Shown here piece after piece: positions 59,248 to 64,000 of a stretch of 64,000 nt of DNA. A model generated the notes under the pieces. That model was not told where the DNA came from. It did no database searches and was given only the letters and a program-made list of their open reading frames with translations. Source of the stretch: Patescibacteria group bacterium (GTDB taxonomy: Bacteria; Patescibacteriota; Patescibacteriia; UBA9934). The stretch is from positions 96,992-160,991 of the forward strand of contig JBAQTB010000001.1 in NCBI GenBank assembly GCA_049296775.1, given 5' to 3'. Made by a program: the position numbers and the translations under genes. The stretch's first letter is position 1. Each line of letters begins with the position of its first letter.

Positions 59248-59277
59248 TTGACAATAAGCAAAGGCTGCGATTATACT
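59248..59277 (+). promoter_or_regulatory. Sigma70-like promoter TTGACA-18-TATACT
   Basis: Seen directly in the sequence, upstream of the ORF at 59347-60000. Confidence 0.5.
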
Positions 59278-59346
59278 TTTTTAGCGTATTTTCGCCTTCT
59301 TCGTCCAAGCGAAGATGAACAATAACCTCAGACCAGGCTACAGTAA

Positions 59347-60000
59347 ATGCTTCCCGAGTCCCCCGCCCTCTCCCTCACGGAACAGGCCGAACAAGCAACC
59401 GCCCGCAACGTCATGCTCGCCGCTCTCAAGGAGGCGGTCAGCGACCACGAGATTGACGAAAGGGCCTTCAAGGCCGCCGCCCTGCCACTCGAATGGTGCC
59501 GTGAGCAGCTGCTACAGGCAGCTGTCCGGCTCGTCCGCAAGCCCTGGGAAATCGAAGAGTTACAACTCATCATCAAGGTGTTTGACGGTCCAGTTGTCTG
59601 GACAAAAGTGTGCCGATTGTTCGGCAACATCGCCCACCGCAACGTTACCGTTCTGACTGCGTTCCAAGGCTTTGTCGCAACCATCGTGCCAGATGATCTG
59701 CGCAAACACTATGCCCACGGGTTGCAGATGCTAGAGGACTCAAGCCCTGCATCACGCGAAGCAATCCAGGTACTGCTGGCAATCGTAGAAGCCTACCCGG
59801 AATATCCTGTCATCCCCAGCATCATGTGTACGATCAACTCTGACGGTATGACCGCTGCAGAGCTGATGGATGTGGTCGGCGATGATGAAGAGCTGTGCCA
59901 AAAAATGGTGCCGGCTCTTGAACAGTTGAAGATGAGTACCTTCTGTCCACCGCGACAGTACGCTCCAGAGCAAAACCAAGAAGCCACTAGCGGACGCTGA
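59347..60000 (+). CDS. Hypothetical protein of 217 aa, GC-rich
   Basis: ORF with no recognisable motif, followed by a terminator. Confidence 0.35.
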   Translation: MLPESPALSLTEQAEQATARNVMLAALKEAVSDHEIDERAFKAAALPLEWCREQLLQAAVRLVRKPWEIEELQLIIKVFDGPVVWTKVCRLFGNIAHRNVTVLTAFQGFVATIVPDDLRKHYAHGLQMLEDSSPASREAIQVLLAIVEAYPEYPVIPSIMCTINSDGMTAAELMDVVGDDEELCQKMVPALEQLKMSTFCPPRQYAPEQNQEATSGR

Positions 60001-60022
60001 GTCAGACTCAGGCGCCGCTCGT

Positions 60023-60068
60023 AGGGCCCATTCTGCCAAACTTGGCTAAGAATGGGCCCTTTCTCTTT
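60023..60068 (+). terminator. Rho-independent terminator
   Basis: AGGGCCCATTC ... GAATGGGCCCT followed by TTCTCTTT. Confidence 0.6.
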
Positions 60069-60094
60069 ACAAAAGCCTGTATTTTTGCTATACT
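60066..60094 (+). promoter_or_regulatory. Near-consensus sigma70 promoter TTTACA-17-TATACT for rnpB
   Basis: The -10 ends 7 nt before the predicted 5' end of the RNase P RNA P1 helix. Confidence 0.6.
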
Positions 60095-60100
60095 TGACCC

Positions 60101-60620
60101 GCAGGAATACCAGATGATCGCTCCCCCTTCGCTCCTAACGGAGTTACGGCGGGAGAGGAAAGTCCGAACACCCCTCTAGCGGCAACGCTGGAGTGAGCAA
60201 AGCGTCGCTAACGGCGACCGGGAGTAAATACGAATGTGAGGGACTGGGTGACTCACCATGAGTTGTCCCCCAGGTTCGTGTGAAGCCCAGGGAAAGTCCA
60301 TCAATGACTAAAGAAATTGGTGGGTCATGGCTAGTCCGAAAGAACTAGTCAGACGCAACAGAGACATTCTCGCTACCTAACCCGCAAGGCACGGTAGTCA
60401 AAGGTGAAACGTGATGGGACTTAAAACGCAAGTTTTAGGGAGCCATCTCACGCATGCGGTGACGCATGGGTGCGGCAAACCCGCTTTGGTGCAAGAACAT
60501 ATTTGGTAGTTCGCCTGATCCGTTTAGCAATAAACGGACAAGAGAGATGATCGTCATGTAGAGCTTGAGGCATGGTGTCCAAGCGCTACAACAGAATTCG
60601 GCTTATAAGTATTACCTGCC
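60101..60620 (+). ncRNA. rnpB: RNase P RNA (bacterial)
   Basis: The universally conserved P4 strand GGGAGAGGAAAGTCCGAAC near the 5' end and the 3' box ACAGAATTCGGCTTA. P1 pairing GCAGGAATAC (60101-60110) with GTATTACCTGC (60609-60619). A terminator follows. Confidence 0.85.
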
Positions 60621-60626
60621 ATAACT

Positions 60627-60650
60627 CCGCCCGCAAGGGCGGTTTTATGT
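60627..60650 (+). terminator. Rho-independent terminator of rnpB
   Basis: CCGCCC gcaa GGGCGG followed by TTTTAT. Confidence 0.6.
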
Positions 60651-60664
60651 TAGAATGCGACCAT

Positions 60665-62086
60665 ATGAAACGTGCTAATTTGGTCTTTGCGGCCATTCTT
60701 GTTCCCCTGGATTATCTCGCCCTACTCGCAGCGGCCATGACGGCATATTCCCTACGCTTCATGCCGTTTTTTGTAAACTTAAAACCGATTCAATTCGCCC
60801 TTGATCTCAACACTTATCTGCAGAGCGCCTTGCCACTCGGCCTGGTGTATCTCAGTGTGTTTGCGTTTGCTGGGCTATATTCCATCAGACCAAGAAGTAT
60901 TGCGGAAGAGTTTTCCCGAATTGTTCTAGGCTGTACCACCGCCTTAGCCATTGTGCTCATTATTGCCTTCTTCTCTAGAGCTTTATTTGAGTCACGGTTT
61001 ATTATTTTAGCTGTCCTAACACTCACAATCCTGTTTGTACTAATCGCCAGAATGACGATTAGAGCACTCCAAAGAACTTTGCGCTTATACGGAATCGGCA
61101 CCGTGCAATTAGCTGTGATCGGCAAAACTAAAAGTGGCAATGCACTTGTGGAGTGGTTTAAGCGTTTCCCTGGCTTTGGCTACAACACCAACCTGCACGT
61201 CTCGCATTTTTCAGAAGAAGCGGCCCGCAAAATGCTCCAGTTAAAAAAGCGGGATGAAGTCGATGGTATTTTACTCGCCAATCCAGACGCTACTAAAGAT
61301 GAAATTACGGACATTAAAACTTTCGCCGACATCAATCACCTCACCTTCTTTTACTCAGCCGATCTCTTCCCCGGCAGCACCCTTAGGCCACTAGTGCACA
61401 CGTTAGCAGGCCGACCGCTCATTGAAGTACCAACTACCCCACTTGATGGCTGGGGCGCAATTTACAAACGGATCTTTGATATTCTCGGCGCTTTGCTCCT
61501 GATTATTTTTACACTCCCAATTCAAATCGTGGTGGTAATCGCCTTATTCCTAGAACAACCCGGAGATGTTTTTTTCCGCAAACTCCCAAACGGTACCAAT
61601 TCCCTCAGAGTTGGTCAGGGCAACAGACCCTTCCATTACTTTAAATTCCGGTCGATGGTTAAGGACGCTCACAAATACCGTTTTGATCCAAAATTCATCC
61701 AAGAGCACGGCAACATGCGTGAAGGCACCCCGCTGTTCAAGCTTGAAAATGACCCTAGAGTCACACCGGTCGGACGTTTTATCAGAAAATACAGTTTAGA
61801 CGAATTACCTGAGTTTTATTTGGTGCTGTGGGGTAAAATGAGCCTAGTCGGTCCCCGCCCCCATTTACCAGAAGAGGTCGCCGAATATAAGCCAGAACAG
61901 CGAAAAGCCCTAACAATCAAGCCTGGAATTACGGGATTGTCACAAATTAGCGGACGGGCTAATCTTGACTTTGATGACGAAGTCCGCCTAGATATGTACT
62001 ATATTGAGAATTGGAGTCCTTGGAGGGACCTGATTATTCTCCTAAAAACCCCCGCGGCCGTAATCTTCCGCAAAGGGGCCTACTAA
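60665..62086 (+). CDS. Polyprenyl-phosphate sugar phosphotransferase (Bac_transf; WbaP/WcaJ-like initiating glycosyltransferase). The start is uncertain, with ATG 60647 and ATG 60665 both possible.
   Basis: N-terminal TM helices plus the C-terminal catalytic block KRIFDILGALLLII...RVGQGNRPFHYFKFRSM...DELPEFYLVLWGKMSLVGPRP. Confidence 0.85.
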   Translation: MKRANLVFAAILVPLDYLALLAAAMTAYSLRFMPFFVNLKPIQFALDLNTYLQSALPLGLVYLSVFAFAGLYSIRPRSIAEEFSRIVLGCTTALAIVLIIAFFSRALFESRFIILAVLTLTILFVLIARMTIRALQRTLRLYGIGTVQLAVIGKTKSGNALVEWFKRFPGFGYNTNLHVSHFSEEAARKMLQLKKRDEVDGILLANPDATKDEITDIKTFADINHLTFFYSADLFPGSTLRPLVHTLAGRPLIEVPTTPLDGWGAIYKRIFDILGALLLIIFTLPIQIVVVIALFLEQPGDVFFRKLPNGTNSLRVGQGNRPFHYFKFRSMVKDAHKYRFDPKFIQEHGNMREGTPLFKLENDPRVTPVGRFIRKYSLDELPEFYLVLWGKMSLVGPRPHLPEEVAEYKPEQRKALTIKPGITGLSQISGRANLDFDDEVRLDMYYIENWSPWRDLIILLKTPAAVIFRKGAY

Positions 62087-63208
62087 GTGTGTATGCGTAT
62101 AGCCCTCATTCATGACCATCTGACCCAGTACGGGGGCGCTGAAAGAGTTCTGGAGGCAATTCAGGCTATTTGGCCAGAAGCGCCCACTTATACGTTGCAC
62201 CATGATCCCACCAGTCTAGGACCAGCGTTTGCGCATAAAGACATCCGCACGTCTTTCCTGAGTAAGTTTCCACTAGCTAAACGGGCTTTCCGCTGGTTTT
62301 TGCCGTTAATGCCCATGGCCACCGAAAGTTACGATCTATCGGACTTTGACGTGGTCATTTCTAACTCCAGCGCTTTCTCAAAAGGTATCATCACCGCTCC
62401 CCACGCCATTCATATTTGCTATTGTCACACCCCCACACGCTACTTGTGGTCTGACTCTGAAAGTTACGTAGCTGAACTCAAGGCACCCAAAATTGCAAAA
62501 GTTATTCTGCCATTTGTCCTACATAAATTACGGGGCTGGGATCAGCTGGCTGCGCAACGCGTGGATACTTTTGTAGCCAATTCAGAAACCGTGCAACGCC
62601 GCATCACCAAGTATTATCGCAGGGACAGTCAGGTGATTTATCCGCCAGTCGATGTTGAAAAGTTTAGTCTTAGCGACGCACCTAAAACTTACTTCCTAAC
62701 CGGTGGCCGCCTGGTGGCTTACAAACGTTTTGATTTGGTCGTTGATGCTTTCACTAAACTCGGCAAGCCGTTAAAGATCTTTGGAGCTGGACCGGAAGAA
62801 GCTAATTTGAGGAAGCGCGCCGGCAGTAACATTGAGTTTGTGGGTAAAGTTTCTGATGATGAACGGGCCAGACTCTTTTCTGGAGCGATCGCGTTTATCA
62901 ATCCTCAAGAAGAAGATTTTGGTATTACGCCTGTAGAATCCATGGCCGCTGGCCGACCGGTGATCGCCTACCGTAAGGGTGGAGCGCTAGAAACCGTGAT
63001 TGACGGCGTGACTGGCATCTTCTTTGATGAACAAAGTTGGGAAGAATTAGCAGATGTCATTTTGCGTTTCAAAGAACACGAGTTTGAACCAAGCAAGATC
63101 AGAGCCCACGCCGAACAGTTCTCTACCAAGATCTTTAGACACAACATTCATACCCTAGTGAACAAAGCGTGGCGTGAACACGAACGCAAAATTCTTGGGA
63201 GTATCTAG
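62087..63208 (+). CDS. Glycosyltransferase family 4 (GT-B, Glycos_transf_1)
   Basis: C-terminal EDFGITPVESMAAGRPVIAYRKGGALETVIDGVTGIFF is the GT4 EX7E region. Confidence 0.8.
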   Translation: MCMRIALIHDHLTQYGGAERVLEAIQAIWPEAPTYTLHHDPTSLGPAFAHKDIRTSFLSKFPLAKRAFRWFLPLMPMATESYDLSDFDVVISNSSAFSKGIITAPHAIHICYCHTPTRYLWSDSESYVAELKAPKIAKVILPFVLHKLRGWDQLAAQRVDTFVANSETVQRRITKYYRRDSQVIYPPVDVEKFSLSDAPKTYFLTGGRLVAYKRFDLVVDAFTKLGKPLKIFGAGPEEANLRKRAGSNIEFVGKVSDDERARLFSGAIAFINPQEEDFGITPVESMAAGRPVIAYRKGGALETVIDGVTGIFFDEQSWEELADVILRFKEHEFEPSKIRAHAEQFSTKIFRHNIHTLVNKAWREHERKILGSI

Positions 63209-63211
63209 CCT

Positions 63212-64000
63212 ATGCGTATCGCTCTTGATATTCGCTCCTTAACTGATGAAAATATCACCGGCGTCGGCGTGTATGCCCTCAATCTTGTTGAAGCTTTAGC
63301 TAAAGTCGCACCACAACATGAGTTCGTGTTATTCGCTAGTGGTTCGCTGGATGTTTTGAGCCGCCTGCCGGATTTTAAAGCACCTAACGTAAAAATTGTT
63401 AAGTTACGTCTACCTAATCGACTCCTGTTTTTACTCATGCTCCTAACTGGAGGCCCTAAATTAGACCGCTTCTTACCTGACAAACCAGACGTCTGGATCT
63501 TCACAAAATTTAACATCTTTAAAACAGATTTACCGTATATTTTAACAATTCACGATTTAGCTTTTGAAATCTTCCCTAAATTTGTCACCTTTAAAGAAAA
63601 ACTTCACAATCGCATTGTAGGCTTACGATCTATCACCCAGGCGGCCGCCGGTTTATTGGCCGTGTCAGAAAGTACCGCGTCTGATCTCAAAGAGCGCTGG
63701 CAAATTCCTGGCTCCAAAATCCACGTCACACCCCTTGGAGTAGATGGGCAGAAATTTACTCAGAGAGAGCAGGCCTCAGACCGAGCCTTTAGGGCGACTT
63801 ACGACTTAAATCGACCTTACATTTTAGCTTTAGCTACTCAAGAGCCACGCAAAAACCTTAAATCCGTGGTTGAAGCTTATAACCTATACAGACAACGTCA
63901 CGGGCAACCCCTGCCGCTCGTGTTAATTGGAGGGGCGGGCTGGAAAAATACTCCTTTCAAAAAAAGCTTAGCTGACAGTCCTTATGCGCAAGACATCCAT
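63212..64000 (+). CDS. Glycosyltransferase family 4, N-terminal part. The gene continues past the window end.
   Basis: MRIALDIRSL...GVGVYALNLVEAL...ILTIHDLAF is a GT4 N-terminal domain. No stop before position 64000. Confidence 0.65.
   Translation, partial: MRIALDIRSLTDENITGVGVYALNLVEALAKVAPQHEFVLFASGSLDVLSRLPDFKAPNVKIVKLRLPNRLLFLLMLLTGGPKLDRFLPDKPDVWIFTKFNIFKTDLPYILTIHDLAFEIFPKFVTFKEKLHNRIVGLRSITQAAAGLLAVSESTASDLKERWQIPGSKIHVTPLGVDGQKFTQREQASDRAFRATYDLNRPYILALATQEPRKNLKSVVEAYNLYRQRHGQPLPLVLIGGAGWKNTPFKKSLADSPYAQDIH

Noticed and set aside
60572-60664. Upstream extension of the sugar-transferase ORF (start at 60572)
   Set aside because: The extension would be translated from within the rnpB RNA and its terminator. 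The start was placed at the ATG at 60665 (or 60647).

Overview
The window reads as a chromosomal segment from a small-genome bacterium, plausibly CPR/Patescibacteria (Saccharibacteria-like); the lineage guess is inference. Overall GC is mid-40s%, with several embedded GC-rich cassettes of about 58-60%.

Positions 1-8053, minus strand: a Gram-positive/CPR-type type IV secretion cluster. In transcription order it encodes a secreted M23 peptidase, a VirB6/TrbL-like polytopic membrane protein, a Pro-rich hypothetical, a PrgI/VirB3-like protein and a VirB4 ATPase. The VirB4 is split in two by a frameshift at an A4 homopolymer. The M23 gene lies in a GC-rich island and has its own terminator.

Positions 8666-19400: a GC-rich lipoprotein gene, then a 3049-aa signal-peptide-bearing, cysteine-rich giant surface protein with two CBM4_9-like jelly-roll modules and a C-terminal PKD-like module. 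It is translationally coupled to an upstream membrane protein carrying two thrombospondin-type-3 Ca-binding motifs, and both are driven by an extended -10 promoter.

Positions 19479-57642: mostly housekeeping genes.
- Translation and RNA metabolism: rsmA, tsaC, prfB, nusA, argS, tyrS, valS, trpS, rnj, rluD-like, rplS.
- Chaperones and export: groESL, yidC, secG.
- Envelope and glycan genes: two epimerases, an O-antigen-ligase-like protein, an LPG-synthase/flippase-like protein.
- Other: bactofilin, a lipid kinase, a cmk-like kinase.
- RNA genes and transporter: six tRNAs (all with encoded CCA, one a rare Ile-UAU) and an orphan SBP_bac_5 binding protein.

Also present:
- A DsbA-DoxX-VKOR disulfide-forming operon, plus a second DsbA paralog with a CxxS active site.
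- A hicAB toxin-antitoxin pair with an operator palindrome over its promoter.
- A CCA/poly(A)-polymerase-family gene lacking the catalytic DxD.
- A GC-rich cluster of three small genes, two of them tandem paralogs each preceded by an identical palindromic upstream module.
- Several GC-rich moron-like cassettes with their own promoters and terminators.
- rnpB (RNase P RNA) with a consensus promoter.
- An exopolysaccharide/glycosylation locus: a polyprenyl-phosphate sugar transferase followed by two GT4 glycosyltransferases, the second truncated by the window end.

No rRNA, CRISPR array or transposase was recognised.
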